A stretch of DNA of 64,000 bases from Candidatus Marinacidobacterales bacterium (GCA_965224085.1 CBDCYI010000005.1:1152001-1216000), one strand, 5' to 3'. Positions 39,507-50,386 are shown, counted from the first letter of the stretch. A program made the numbers and translations. The notes: generated from the sequence alone by a model not told the origin.

Positions 39507-40556
39507 TCAGCGGCCGTTTACCGCAGCACGCTCGAGGGCAAGCTCCACCACCCGCCCCACGAGATCGTCGTGGCTACGGCCCTTCTTGTGCCATGCCATG
39601 AAGAACTCGCAATCGGAAGACAGCCAGGGATTGGGATTGACCTCGAGCACGAAGATCTCGCCGCGAGCGGCCACCCGAAGATCGACTCGGCCGTAATCGC
39701 GAAGCCCAAGGACGGTATAAGCTTCGACCGCAACGTCTTGAATGCGCCGCTTGAGCGCTCGCGACAGATTCTTGGGATAGATGGGCGGCGTCTGGCCGTA
39801 AATCGCGGAGCCTCGCCACCACTTCACTTCCGCGCCGGCGATTCTCGGCACTCCCTCAGGGACGCGCGATAAGTCCAGCTCGACGAGCGGAAGCGCCACC
39901 GGCGGATCGTTCCCAATCACCGCGGCATAGATCTCGCGGCCGTCTATATAGCGTTCCACGAGCGCTGGTCCAGAAAACGTATCGTGGACGTAGCGCACGC
40001 GCTCACGCAGCGCTTTGCTGTCGTAAACGACCGAGCCCGTGTCGATCCCGATCGAGCCGTCCTCGCGCGAAGGCTTCACGATGAGAGGAAATGGCGGCGC
40101 GTGCTCGATCCGCCTCTTGCCTCGCGGAACCGTCACGAAATCCGCGGTCGGGATCCCGTGATAGCGGAGGATCTTTTTCGCCAGGGCCTTGTCTTGGCCG
40201 AGGTGAAGCGCGCGCGCGTCGGCGCCGGTGAAAGGTCGTCCCAGAAGCTCGAGATAGGCAGCGACATGCAGGTCCTTCGTATTGTCACCCGCATAGGACT
40301 CGGTCAAGTTGAACACGAGGGATGACGGTGTTCGGCCCAGCTTTTCGAGACTCTTGGCATCGCCTTCGAGAACGGAATATTGCGGCCGATAGCCGAGCCT
40401 CTCGAGCGCCCTGTAAACTTCTTCGTGGACATCCGGCTCGGGCTCAGCGGAGGCATCGGGCGCGGGCCCCAATAGCGAGCTGTGTGCGTCGTGGGGATCG
40501 TGCTCTTCGTCAGCCCACCATACTTCGTAGAGAACGGTGACTCTCTTTTTCGGCAT
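39507..40556 (-). CDS. D-Ala-D-Ala ligase family ATP-grasp protein
   Basis: VFNLTE, LELLGRPFTG, DKALAK, IVKPSREDGSIGI, ERYIDGRE, YGRVDLR, LEVNPNP. Confidence 0.85.
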   Translation of the reverse strand: MPKKRVTVLYEVWWADEEHDPHDAHSSLLGPAPDASAEPEPDVHEEVYRALERLGYRPQYSVLEGDAKSLEKLGRTPSSLVFNLTESYAGDNTKDLHVAAYLELLGRPFTGADARALHLGQDKALAKKILRYHGIPTADFVTVPRGKRRIEHAPPFPLIVKPSREDGSIGIDTGSVVYDSKALRERVRYVHDTFSGPALVERYIDGREIYAAVIGNDPPVALPLVELDLSRVPEGVPRIAGAEVKWWRGSAIYGQTPPIYPKNLSRALKRRIQDVAVEAYTVLGLRDYGRVDLRVAARGEIFVLEVNPNPWLSSDCEFFMAWHKKGRSHDDLVGRVVELALERAAVNGR

Positions 40557-40593
40557 GCGGCAACGAAAGTCTACCGCAGGAGTACGGAAGAGA

Positions 40594-41830
40594 CTAGAAG
40601 CGAACCAGCCTCGTCACTTTGACGATGAGGCTTCGGTTCTCGAGAGCCGGGGAAGCACCGGCAAGCATGAGGTTATCGTAGAACGTGAAATTACCGTCCA
40701 TACCGAACAGCCGGTTGCCGCCGGTCCCATCCCGGTTGTGGTCGCGATAGGTCCCGATGACGCCAATGTTGCTCCGCGCCAAGATGTCGCGCTTGACGCG
40801 GATGACGGAGTAGTTCGTCTGCAGGATGGAGTCGGGCACGACATCGTTCGTCGCGATGTTCAAAAAACCGAGGCTGTAAGCACCCGCGCGCCCGGTCAAA
40901 CGCCCACCTGCGAGAATCGGAACTTCCGAGCCGCCATCAAGGCCGATGCGCCGACTGAAGAACATGATGGGCGCGTCGGCCGGCCCGTCGAAGGAAAACG
41001 CACGCGTATCCCGTCCGCCAAAATTGAAAATACCTTGCCCTTCGAGAAAGAACTCGCGTTTCTCGGGAAAGAAGAGGCTGAAGCGCGTGAGGTTCACCTG
41101 GGACTCATCGGCCTCGACTTGGGCGAAATCGGTGTTGTACGTGAAGTCGAAAATGAGGCCTTTCGTCACGCCATATTTCGCGTCGAAGCCGAAATCGGCG
41201 TCGCCCGCGTTCTCGAAAGGTACGTCCGCGGTACGGTCGGTGCTCACCGAACCGGACGCGTAGGGCTTCACCTCGAGGTTCATGGAGCGCTCGGGCGTCT
41301 CGATTCCGACGAGCGTGGCGGCGAAGGACAGCTTCAAAAGACCTTGCCGATCGAACGCCGCGGGAATGGGCACGAGGTGGCTGCGCTCGTTCTTCCACTT
41401 CACCCTGCGCTCGAAGTTGATGCCCCAGAGCTGCGAGCTCCCCGCCCGATAGCGCAACGACTTGAACGGAAGCGACATCTCGAACGTCCACCCCTCGGCG
41501 AAACGGCGGGATTTCACGTACCAGATCGTGTTCCAGTCGCTGTTGACGTTGCGCTCGTCCGTAACCTGGGCATCCCAGAGCGCTCCGAGTGGGTTGCTGC
41601 GAAAGAGAAACCCGTTGCGATGGTCGTAAAAAGTATCGAGGATGACCGAGAAGCTGGAGTTCTGCCAATCGATATTGCGGTTGTCACGCCGCATCTCGTG
41701 AGCAACGATACGCTCAGGGTGAGAATCCCAGAGCCGCGCGGCAGTGTAAACACTCGTCGCATCGTAGAAAACCCAGACGTCGGTCGGCTCCGTCGCTGGT
41801 TGTCCTGCAAGAGGCTCTTGCTGCACGAAG
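40594..41830 (-). pseudogene. CBM9-like/DUF5916 protein, N-truncated with internal deletion
   Basis: NTDFAQVEAD..NLTRFSLFFPEKREFFLEG, FFSRRIGL; jumps to the C-terminal NRSLIVKVTRLVRF. Confidence 0.7.
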
Positions 41831-42860
41831 CAAGCTGAAACGCGTGAGGTTCACTTGCTGGTCGTCCGCTTCGACTTGCGCGAAGTCGGTATTGACGGTG
41901 AAGTCCGCGATGAGGCTTTTCGTGACGCGACGAAAGTTGACCGCGCCCGTACTTCGCGTCGAAACCCGCGTCGGGATCGAAATCGTTCTCGAAAGGCACA
42001 TCGGCGTCGCGGTCGGTCCGCACCGCGCCCGTCGCGTAAGGCTTGAGCTCCAGATTGAGAGAGCTCACGGGAGGCTCAACCCCGACGAGTGTCGCCGCAT
42101 AGGAAAGCTGCGTAATGCCCCGCTCGCGAAATGCGGCCGGGATCGGTGTCAAGTAGCTGAGCTCGTTCTTCGAGCGCACGACCCGACGAAAGTTGATCCC
42201 CCAAATCTGGCTCCGGCCCTGCTTGTACCGAAGCGATTTGAACGGGATCGAGAACTCGACCGTCCAGCCTTCGGCGAAACGGGCCGTTTTGACGTGCCAC
42301 ACAGTGTTCCAGTCCGAGTTGACGTTACGCTCGCCGGTGACCTGGGCGTCGTACAGCGCGCCGAGCGGATTGGTGTGGAACAAGAAGCCGTCACGACGAT
42401 CGTAGAACGTGTCGAAAATGACGGCGAAATTGTCGTTGTTGAAAATGCCCCGAGCGTCGCGTCGCAGTTCGTTGGCCACGATCTTCTCGGGGTGAGTGTC
42501 CCAGTTGCGCGCCGACACGTAGATGTTCTCTTTGTCGAACAAGACCCAGACTTCGGTCTTCTCAGTCGCCGGCTGGCCTTCGTGAGGCTCCTGTTGAACG
42601 AATCCGCTGACGGATGGGACGCGGCGGTAGATGTTCTCCTCGAGCCGTCCATCCAAAGTAATCGGGGTCTCGAGCGCGACCGCTCGAAGTGTGGCGTTAC
42701 CCTCCTCGTCGCGGGAGACGACCTCGGGGGCCATCGGGGGTGCCGGCCCGTCGATGCTGTCGACGAGCGACTCCATTTCATCATCGCCCGAGAGCGCCAG
42801 GCCTGGACACACAACGGCCAGGCAGACCACCCAGGCGCACAATTTGTTGCGTTGCATCAC
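41830..42860 (-). pseudogene. CBM9-like/DUF5916 protein, N-terminal part, frameshifted and truncated
   Basis: signal peptide, LDGRLEE, QQEP.EGQPATE.TEV, NTDFAQVEAD after a frameshift near 41930. Confidence 0.7.
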
Positions 42861-43080
42861 TTTCAGCTAGGAATAGGTCGGAAACTATCGCAGGCGGCCC
42901 CCGCTCCGTACGAGCTACCGATAAAATTATAGCAAGTCGATCGCGCTAAGTCCGAATGATCTAAAGACTTAACACCGATTTAACATTTCGGCAGGTTGGC
43001 CGACACGCAACAAATGTGCTAGATTGCGCTCGCCTTGAGCCATTCCAAGTGGTGACAGCTTAGAGAGGAAGGACAACGCA

Positions 43081-44103
43081 TTGTATAAACAATCACTGGT
43101 TTTCGTGGCCACTCTGGGGGCGTGCCTGCTCTTATACGCAGCGTGCGGCTCCGACGAGCCGTCGGGTAGCTCCCCGACGATCACCGCGCCCACGCCGCAA
43201 TCCCCGGCCAACGGCTCCACCGTCCAAAGCTCGAATCCGACTTTGACGGTCGGAAACGCTGTAGGGGCGGCCGGCCTGAGCTACCGGTTCGAAGTGGCGA
43301 CGGATTCCGGGTTTTCCACCATCGTGGCTGTGGTCGACAATGTGCCTGAAGGCTCCGGTAGCACGTCGTGGCGCGTCACGCCCGCCCTCGCCACCGGCCG
43401 TTTTTTCTGGCGCGCCCGGGCCGCAACCGGAGGGGTTCAAGGACCGTTCTCCTCGGCTGCGAACTTCGACATCCAGACCGGGTTCAACTCGCAAACGCCG
43501 ATCAATAGCATTTACGTGTCCGACCCTTTGACGACGGGTATGTCGGTCGGCGAAGTGAGCGGGGGGGAGTTCCGCGAGGGCGGTTGGTTCGTGACCGACG
43601 CGGCCTCCTACATCCGATACGAGATCCCGACGACCGCCAACGGATTCGTCGAGTTCCAAGTCACGAACCTGCGAAACCCCAACCCGCGCTCGGACAAACG
43701 CAACCTCATGATCATGTGGGACCCGACCCGCGGCGACTACACGGAGAACCCGTTCCGCGTCCATATCGCGAAGTTCGACACGAACCTCGTGTCGCGCTGG
43801 CACATGCGTCTCAGATTCATCTCGAACGGAGAAGAAACGAATACGGGGATCAACTTCTTTGACTGGGACCCCAACCACATCTACTCGTTTCGTCTGGAAT
43901 GGGGCGCCTTTCCTGCCATCGTCAGCAGCCAGCGGGCACAGGTCCGGATGGACGGCCGAGTGATCATGACGCGAAACTACGATAACCACTACCGACCCTC
44001 GACACATTGGGTCGAGCTCGGGATGGGGCCCCGCAACGAATCGCTAGAGCAAGCGCTCTTCTCGAACGTGACGATCGGCGTCCGCCAGCCCAACAGCGAA
44101 TAA
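43081..44103 (+). CDS. lipoprotein with Ig/FN3-like and beta-rich domains
   Basis: lipobox YAAC; YRFEVATDSGFSTIV..FFWRARA. Confidence 0.75.
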   Translation: MYKQSLVFVATLGACLLLYAACGSDEPSGSSPTITAPTPQSPANGSTVQSSNPTLTVGNAVGAAGLSYRFEVATDSGFSTIVAVVDNVPEGSGSTSWRVTPALATGRFFWRARAATGGVQGPFSSAANFDIQTGFNSQTPINSIYVSDPLTTGMSVGEVSGGEFREGGWFVTDAASYIRYEIPTTANGFVEFQVTNLRNPNPRSDKRNLMIMWDPTRGDYTENPFRVHIAKFDTNLVSRWHMRLRFISNGEETNTGINFFDWDPNHIYSFRLEWGAFPAIVSSQRAQVRMDGRVIMTRNYDNHYRPSTHWVELGMGPRNESLEQALFSNVTIGVRQPNSE

Positions 44104-44110
44104 CGGAAAT

Positions 44111-45697
44111 CTAATCCCTAGAGCGCTGAGGAGTCGTTTCCGCGGCGGAGGTGCCGCCCATCTCCACGACTTGGCCTGGGCTCAACCCAGCCCGCGTGAC
44201 CTCGCTGCCGTTTGGGAAACGCACGAGCAAGTCGTAGTTTCCCGCCCCATCCACGCCAAAGTGCAACCGCGCGGGGTCCTGGCTGCAATAGCCTGTCGTC
44301 GACTGCACCACGCGGTAGCCGACGAGCGCGCCGCCTTCAGAGAGAGAGACGGCGGCACCCACGGCGCCGCGCTCGCCGTTCGGCCCCGTGAGCGAAACGC
44401 CAAGCCAGTCGCCGGACGCGGTGTTGTTGCGAAAAAACGTGTTGGGACCCTGCTTGCTCGCGATGAGCAGGTCGAGAGAGCCGTTATTGTCCATGTCGGC
44501 AAAGACGGCAGAGCGCGCATCCGTCCCGATGTCCTGGAGCCCAATCCCCCGGACGCTGCGAAACGCCCCTGTCCCGTCGTTCAGATAGATGCCGGTGTCC
44601 CCCGCAAGATAGAAGTCGAGGTCGCCGTCATTGTCGACGTCACCAAAAGCGGCGGTATAGTGCACCCCCTCGAAAAGGCGCACGAGATTGAAGCGGCCTT
44701 CGCCATTGTTGCGGTAGAGCTTCGAGCCGTGGAAGCCCGTGATGACGACATCCAAATCGCCATCGTTGTCAATGTCTTTGAAGCTGTAGCCGTTCGTGCC
44801 GCGAAAATCGCTCGTCGTCTGCGCGTATTCGAGCCCGGTATACGCGGTATTTTCCACGAAACGAGGCGACTCGTTGGCGAGAATCGAGATGGAGCCAACG
44901 CCCACGCCGGGAACGTGCTCGAAAGCGCTGAGCGCGATATCGGGCTTGCGGTCCCCTGAGATGTCCACGAGCCCGAGTCCCTGATTGGCGAAAGACGGGT
45001 CGGCATCCCCTTGCAGCCGGTTCCGTGTGAAACGCATGCCGCCACGGTTCATATAGACGTTCGGGATGAAACCCTGCCAGGCCGTCACGACGATATCGAG
45101 CAGCCCATCGCCGTCGAGATCCGCCGCGCCCACGCCGCGAGGCCCGAGATCGCGTACATCGATCCCGGCACTATCCGAGATGTCTACGAAGCGCGCGCCG
45201 CCCTCGTTGCGATAGAGCCGGTGGTGGCCGCTCCACGTATGGCCGTTGAACAAATCGAGGTCGCCGTCATTGTCGAAATCGGCGAAGACGGCCGCATGCG
45301 ATTCTTCGGAGAACTCTTCCACGGTTCCGTCCTCGAGCTCGAGCGCATAGAAGCCGTCATCGGAGACGCCGGCGACCACACCGATCTCCTCGAAGCGCTG
45401 CGGGCTCCCGCCGAGGTTCCGGAACAGCAAATCCGGTCGGTTCTGCTTGGGGTCGAAAATATGGGTCACGTAGACGTCGAGCAGGCCGTCGCCGTCGATA
45501 TCGGCCACTTGGATGCCGTGCCCACCCAAATCGAGCAAGCTCGTGAACCCCGACTCGGCCGTTGCGTTGGTAAAGCCGAGGGCCGGCGGCGGATCCGTCT
45601 GGGCGTGGGCGAGCGCGGTGGGCAAGAGGATGAATAGAAGTCCCAAGACGGCGACGGTTCGGGGGACACGTCCTTTCGTCACGGATACTGGCCTCAT
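44111..45697 (-). CDS. CRTAC1-like FG-GAP/VCBS + ASPIC/UnbV protein
   Basis: repeated DxDxDGxxD and LYRN motifs; C-terminal GYCSQ..LHFG. Confidence 0.85.
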   Translation of the reverse strand: MRPVSVTKGRVPRTVAVLGLLFILLPTALAHAQTDPPPALGFTNATAESGFTSLLDLGGHGIQVADIDGDGLLDVYVTHIFDPKQNRPDLLFRNLGGSPQRFEEIGVVAGVSDDGFYALELEDGTVEEFSEESHAAVFADFDNDGDLDLFNGHTWSGHHRLYRNEGGARFVDISDSAGIDVRDLGPRGVGAADLDGDGLLDIVVTAWQGFIPNVYMNRGGMRFTRNRLQGDADPSFANQGLGLVDISGDRKPDIALSAFEHVPGVGVGSISILANESPRFVENTAYTGLEYAQTTSDFRGTNGYSFKDIDNDGDLDVVITGFHGSKLYRNNGEGRFNLVRLFEGVHYTAAFGDVDNDGDLDFYLAGDTGIYLNDGTGAFRSVRGIGLQDIGTDARSAVFADMDNNGSLDLLIASKQGPNTFFRNNTASGDWLGVSLTGPNGERGAVGAAVSLSEGGALVGYRVVQSTTGYCSQDPARLHFGVDGAGNYDLLVRFPNGSEVTRAGLSPGQVVEMGGTSAAETTPQRSRD

Positions 45698-45741
45698 TCG
45701 AGCGTTTATGATTGTGATTACGATCGGCGCGAAACTGAGCT

Positions 45742-45816
45742 TGGTGGGCGGTACAGGATTTGAACCTGTGACCACCTGGGTGTAAACCAGGTGCTCTCCC
45801 GCTGAGCTAACCGCCC
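45742..45816 (-). tRNA. tRNA-Val(TAC)
   Basis: GGGCGGTTAGCTCAGCGGGAGAGCACCTGGTTTACACCCAGGTGGTCACAGGTTCAAATCCTGTACCGCCCACCA; cloverleaf, TAC anticodon, encoded CCA. Confidence 0.97.
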
Positions 45817-45872
45817 GGTATCGGGAACTCGCAAGTATAGCAAGGATAGCGCTTTCGGTGGTGGAGCGAGCC

Positions 45873-48134
45873 TCAGAAACTGAATAGATAGGTATATTTG
45901 GCGATGAAGGCCCGATCCTTGACCACCCCGTTCTCGTCGCGGAGATCGTTGTAAACGAGGAAGATGTCCGAGAGGGGACGGTGGATGAGGTTGAAGCGGA
46001 TATTGGCGCTCCACTCTTTGCTCAAGTTGTTGTACTGAACGAGGCCGTTCAGGAACATGTTCGTGCTGAAGTTGTAGGCGAAGCGCGTCGTGAGCAAATG
46101 AGTTTTGAACGCCCCCTCCAGAAGTTCGACGTCGTTGTAGGACCAGCCGAATTGTGCCGAGATCTTTGCACCGAGCTTTGCCACGGCGCCGAGTGAGACG
46201 GATTCCCGAGTGCCCGAGTAGAAGTCGCCCGTCGAGACGCGGGCATTGCCCGAGAACATCCGGCTCGGATCCGTGAAGACCATCCCGAAGATCTCGTTGA
46301 ACGTGTAGAATCCCGCTGGGATCGTCACGTCGGGGTGGATGGGAAAGTCTTCCTGTGGTTGCTCCAAATTCGTGTTCAAGCCGAACTCGAAGAACCCGCC
46401 ATTTTGCATTCGGAGGGAAAAATGCGCGTTGAAGTATCGGCTGACCACCACGTTTTCTTGGTCGACGAAATACTCGATCTCGAAATGCGGGTTGATCTCG
46501 CGCAGAAAACCTCGCCACCACGCCGGGCGGTAGTGGTACCCGACGAGATTGCTGCTTCGCTTCACCCCGATACGCGGCGCGAAACCGATTTCTGGGTTAA
46601 AGTTGTCTTGGAGCGTCGAGATCGCGTTTCGAAACTGCCACAAGCGGCTGTCGTAGGTCCAAGCGAGCCGGCCCGCGTAATCGTCGCCGGAGCGGCCTTT
46701 GGTTGAGGTTTTCGCGATGTACGCGTTGATGTCGATCTCGGGACTGATGCGGAAGTTTCCGTCGATGCCGAAGCCTCGGTTGTAGTGGTCCGTGTTCATG
46801 TTCGAGCGATTCAGGAATATCACCCCGACATCCGAATTGCCGAAGATGTTCCGGCGAACCCGCGCCACGGTAAAGTTGTCACCGTTCGCAGAGAGCGAAT
46901 CGCCGATCAAGCCCGATACCTCGCCCGTCTGCATGTTGAGAAACCCAACATCGTATTGCCCCACGCGACCCGTCAGTCGCCCGCCTCCAATCACGGGGAT
47001 CGGAACGCCTTCTTCCGAGAGCCCGATGCGGCGGCTGAAAAAGAAAAACATGTCGTCGCCGCGGCTCTGACCGCCTCTCAAATTGGACGGCGCCGCCACC
47101 GAGCCGAACGACGCCCGAAACTGGGACAGCCGCGGGTCGGTGGGCGGGCCGAAGCGAAAGATGCCGGAGTTTTCGAGAAAAAAGTCACGCTTTTCCGGAA
47201 ACAGCAAGCTGAAGCGGGTCAAGTTGATCTGTTGGACATCCGCTTCTACTTGCGAGAAGTCGGTGTTCAAGGTGAGGTCCAAGCGGAGACCGCTTCCGAT
47301 GGCAAGCTTCGCGTCGAGACCGGCATCGAAGTTCGTGCGCGTCGCCGCCTCTGCCTCTCGCAATACGTTGCCTTTTGCGTAGGGCGTGACTTTGAAGTCT
47401 CTTTGCTTTCGGAGACCGGACAGATCTTCCAAGGTACCCGCGAGCGAGACTCTCGATAAGTCGTGGATGCGCGGGAGCGGCGCCCAGAACGAGTTCTCGT
47501 TCAAACGCCGATTACGCCTCAAGAGATTGACACCCCAGACCTGCGGGTCGGCCTCGTTGAAGCGAAGCGTTTTGAAGGGGATGGCGATCTCGGTAATCCA
47601 TCCTAGCTCTGTCACCCGGCTCTCGACGTACCACACGCCGTCCCAATTCATATTGAACTCGCGGGCTTCGTTGACGAACTGCGCGTCGAACTTCGCGCCC
47701 GCGGGGCTCGTCTGGAACATGTAGCCGTTGCGCTCGTCGTGGAAGGTGTCGAGTACGACGCCGAAGGAATCGCCCGCGCGCGCGTTGAAGTCGCGGGTCA
47801 GGTCGTTGATGACGAGCTTGTCCGGCTCGGCGTCGTAGGCGATGACACCGAAATAGAGATTCTCGTCGTCATAGAGAACGCGCACTTCCGTCTTGGCGGT
47901 GGCCGGCTCGCCTTCGCGCGGATCGTTCTGGAGGAAGTCGGTGGCGAGCGGCGCGTCGCGCCAGTCGGCCTCGTCGAGCTTCCCGTCGATGGCGATCGTG
48001 CCCGCGGCGCGTTTTGCGGTGAGACGCCGTTCGAAACGCGCTGTGTCGAAATCAACGGGTGCGCTTTCCTGCGCGCCAGAACGAGCGCTAACGGATAGCA
48101 GCAGGCAGATCGTGACGAGAGCTTTGCGGCACAT
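45873..48134 (-). CDS. CBM9-like + DUF5916 outer-membrane protein
   Basis: IDGKLDEADW, DTFHDERNG, NTDFSQVEAD..FPEKRDFFLEN; beta-barrel-like C terminus KYTYLFSF. Confidence 0.85.
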   Translation of the reverse strand: MCRKALVTICLLLSVSARSGAQESAPVDFDTARFERRLTAKRAAGTIAIDGKLDEADWRDAPLATDFLQNDPREGEPATAKTEVRVLYDDENLYFGVIAYDAEPDKLVINDLTRDFNARAGDSFGVVLDTFHDERNGYMFQTSPAGAKFDAQFVNEAREFNMNWDGVWYVESRVTELGWITEIAIPFKTLRFNEADPQVWGVNLLRRNRRLNENSFWAPLPRIHDLSRVSLAGTLEDLSGLRKQRDFKVTPYAKGNVLREAEAATRTNFDAGLDAKLAIGSGLRLDLTLNTDFSQVEADVQQINLTRFSLLFPEKRDFFLENSGIFRFGPPTDPRLSQFRASFGSVAAPSNLRGGQSRGDDMFFFFSRRIGLSEEGVPIPVIGGGRLTGRVGQYDVGFLNMQTGEVSGLIGDSLSANGDNFTVARVRRNIFGNSDVGVIFLNRSNMNTDHYNRGFGIDGNFRISPEIDINAYIAKTSTKGRSGDDYAGRLAWTYDSRLWQFRNAISTLQDNFNPEIGFAPRIGVKRSSNLVGYHYRPAWWRGFLREINPHFEIEYFVDQENVVVSRYFNAHFSLRMQNGGFFEFGLNTNLEQPQEDFPIHPDVTIPAGFYTFNEIFGMVFTDPSRMFSGNARVSTGDFYSGTRESVSLGAVAKLGAKISAQFGWSYNDVELLEGAFKTHLLTTRFAYNFSTNMFLNGLVQYNNLSKEWSANIRFNLIHRPLSDIFLVYNDLRDENGVVKDRAFIAKYTYLFSF

Positions 48135-48171
48135 AAGCGCCGCATTCTAACGGAAACACCCGTTCGGCGCG

Positions 48172-48555
48172 CTACGACTGCGAGATGCGCACCGAGCCAT
48201 CACTCGTCCGCACCTCGAATTTGTGTCCGCCGCCGTTCAAACGCGTGCTGAGCTCGCGGTTCGAGAACTCGCCTTCGACCGTGATGGGCTGGTCGATCTC
48301 GATCGACCCATCGTCGACGCGCACGCTCAACTCGGCCGCGAAGCCTTCCGGAAGCCGCAACCGAATGCGGCCGTCATCGGCCCGCGCCGACCAATCGGCT
48401 TCCATCGCGGAATCCGGCGCGAGCCGGATGTCGATGGCACCGTCCTGCGTGCTCGCGCGCAGGAGCGTGATCGTGCCCTGGACGTCCAAATCGCCGTCTT
48501 CGACGGTCGCGAAGACATCCCCACGCACGCTCTCGAGCCGCACGTCGCCGTTTCC
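48172..48555 (-). pseudogene. DUF4097 beta-strand repeat (adhesin-like) C-terminal fragment
   Basis: repeated DG.I motifs, LNGGG..VRTSDGSVRI; no proper start. Confidence 0.55.
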
Positions 48556-48900
48556 GCATCGATACGGAGCTCGCCAAACAGCATCTCGAGCACGAGGAGC
48601 GGCAGCGTCTGGGCGGCCACCGGCGCGTAGCCATCGACGATCGTGCTTTCGAGCACTTGCCGCACTTGGCCGCTCTCGCCGCGTCCGAGCCGGACGAACG
48701 CCGAGGCGACCGCGAGGCCGACGACGACTCCCGAAACGGCGCCCGTCAGGGGCAGCATGGCGAGATGAAAAAAGTCCGCGCGGAAGCCGCGGCGAAAGAG
48801 CGCTTTAGGGCGGACGGCGGGAAACGCCGTCTCGAGTAGCACGAAAAAAACGGCAGCGACGACAAATAAGGACCTCGGAGTATAGGACCGCCCGAGCCCC
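48555..48900 (-). pseudogene. membrane protein N-terminal fragment, sterol-desaturase-like
   Basis: hydrophobic LLETAFP..RRGFRADFFH; fused directly to the DUF4097 fragment. Confidence 0.4.
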
Positions 48901-48961
48901 CCCCGCCGCGGTTCAAGATTTGTGCTAGCCTATCTGTGTATAAACGGAGGGAGTCGAAAAC

Positions 48962-49477
48962 ATGCAGCCTTTATACGATCGAGAAGCAGTCCGACCGATG
49001 TGGGAAGAGCTCGCGCAATGCGGCGTCGATCCGGTCAACACACCAGACGATGTCGACGCGGCTTTGAAAGAGCCTGGAACGACGCTCGTGGTCGTGAACT
49101 CGGTCTGTGGCTGCGCCGCAGGATCCGCCCGGCCCGGTGTCACCCGCGCGCTCCAGCACGGCGTCATCCCCGATCATCTGAAGACGGTCTTCGCCGGCGT
49201 CGACCGCGAGGCCACCGAGCGAGCGCGCCACCACATGGTGGGAATCCCGCCGTCTTCGCCATCCGTCGGGCTCTTCAAAGACGGCGAGCTCGTCCACGTG
49301 CTCGAACGGCGCCATATCGAAATGATGAACGAAGAGATGGTGGCGCAAAACCTCATCGAAGCGTTCGATGAGCACTGCTCGCGCCAGGGTCCTTCGGTCT
49401 CGAAAGAGGTCTATGACGACCTAGTCACGTCGCGTCAATGCGGCTCGAGTGTCCCGCTCTTCAATCCTTTTCGATAA
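48962..49477 (+). CDS. BrxA/BrxB-family bacilliredoxin (YphP)
   Basis: VVNSVCGCAAGSARP, TVFAGVDREAT..PPSSPS..LFKDG..RRHIE. Confidence 0.92.
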   Translation: MQPLYDREAVRPMWEELAQCGVDPVNTPDDVDAALKEPGTTLVVVNSVCGCAAGSARPGVTRALQHGVIPDHLKTVFAGVDREATERARHHMVGIPPSSPSVGLFKDGELVHVLERRHIEMMNEEMVAQNLIEAFDEHCSRQGPSVSKEVYDDLVTSRQCGSSVPLFNPFR

Positions 49478-49577
49478 CGTCGCGAAAGGACACTTGTCTT
49501 CAGGCGAGGACGTTCGCCCCGGTGATCTCGATCACGGAGGCGTCGCTAAATCGTTACTTCGCAGCGATTTAGATAAG

Positions 49578-49592
49578 TGGCACTCCGTTTGC
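49578..49592 (+). promoter_or_regulatory. sigma54 promoter
   Basis: TGGCAC-TCCGT-TTGC about 40 bp upstream of the ATG at 49631. Confidence 0.65.
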
Positions 49593-49630
49593 CTCTCTTC
49601 CGGTAGCAGCCGGGGAAAAGGAGACGGAAC

Positions 49631-50155
49631 ATGAAACAACTAGCCGCTTCAATCGTAGCTATCTTCGCACTTGGCTTCGCACTGGGAAGCTTCGTGTCGG
49701 GCTCGGGTAGCGTGCCTGAACTCGAAGACGTCGAGCTTGACGCCGGGCTCGAGTCCACCGCTCTGGTGGATTGCGGCGAGGGCCGGGAAGCCCTTCTGGA
49801 GTCGGTCCGCTTGGACGGTAGAACCTCGTACAAAGTGCGCTGTGTGCCGACCGAATCCGTGCGCCGCGCCAGCGTCCCGCCGCCGGTGGTCGTACCCACG
49901 GTGGCGACGACATCGCCGCCCGCACCGACTCCGAGCGCTCCCGAGGCGCCCGAGACCACGATTAACGACCCGAACGGGCCAGAGGACGACGGACGCTCGT
50001 GGAAGGAGAGCGCCGTCATTATCGGCGGCTCGGCGGGTGCCGGCGCCGGTATTGGCGCCATCGCCAAAGGCAAGAAGGGAGCCGCCGTGGGCGCCGCTAT
50101 CGGTGCAGCGACCGGAGCGGCCTACGAGCTCATGAAGAAGGACAAGCAGAATTAA
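49631..50155 (+). CDS. glycine-zipper hypothetical protein
   Basis: AAGGAG RBS; N-terminal TM helix, Pro-rich linker, RSWKESAVIIGGSAGAGAGIGAI..GAAVGAAIG. Confidence 0.8.
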   Translation: MKQLAASIVAIFALGFALGSFVSGSGSVPELEDVELDAGLESTALVDCGEGREALLESVRLDGRTSYKVRCVPTESVRRASVPPPVVVPTVATTSPPAPTPSAPEAPETTINDPNGPEDDGRSWKESAVIIGGSAGAGAGIGAIAKGKKGAAVGAAIGAATGAAYELMKKDKQN

Positions 50156-50159
50156 CGAG

Positions 50160-50195
50160 AGGGGAGCGCGGGACTCGATCGTCCCGCGCTCCTTC
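50160..50195. terminator. hairpin between convergent genes
   Basis: ggagcgcgggac-tcgatc-gtcccgcgctcc. Confidence 0.6.
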
Positions 50196-50199
50196 GCGT

Positions 50200-50386
50200 T
50201 TAGAATCTCGACGCCGTCAACGTGATGTCGGCGCAGGACCACGCTTTTTCGAACCGCTTTTCGACTTCGTCCGCTTCGCGCGTACGGCCCTGAGCGCGTA
50301 GCGTCTGCAGCAAGCCAAAAAGAGACCAGCCATTATCCGGCCAGTTTTCGAGGCTCTCCCAATAGACCGCTTCCGCATCCTCGAGG
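50200..50386 (-). pseudogene. TPR protein C-terminal fragment truncated by IS5
   Basis: DAEAVYWESLE.WPDNGWSLFGL..RFEKAW..AD..LTASRF. Confidence 0.65.

Noticed and set aside
45742-45816. tRNA-Val as an island integration site
   Set aside because: No integrase and no duplicated tRNA 3' end were seen in the window.
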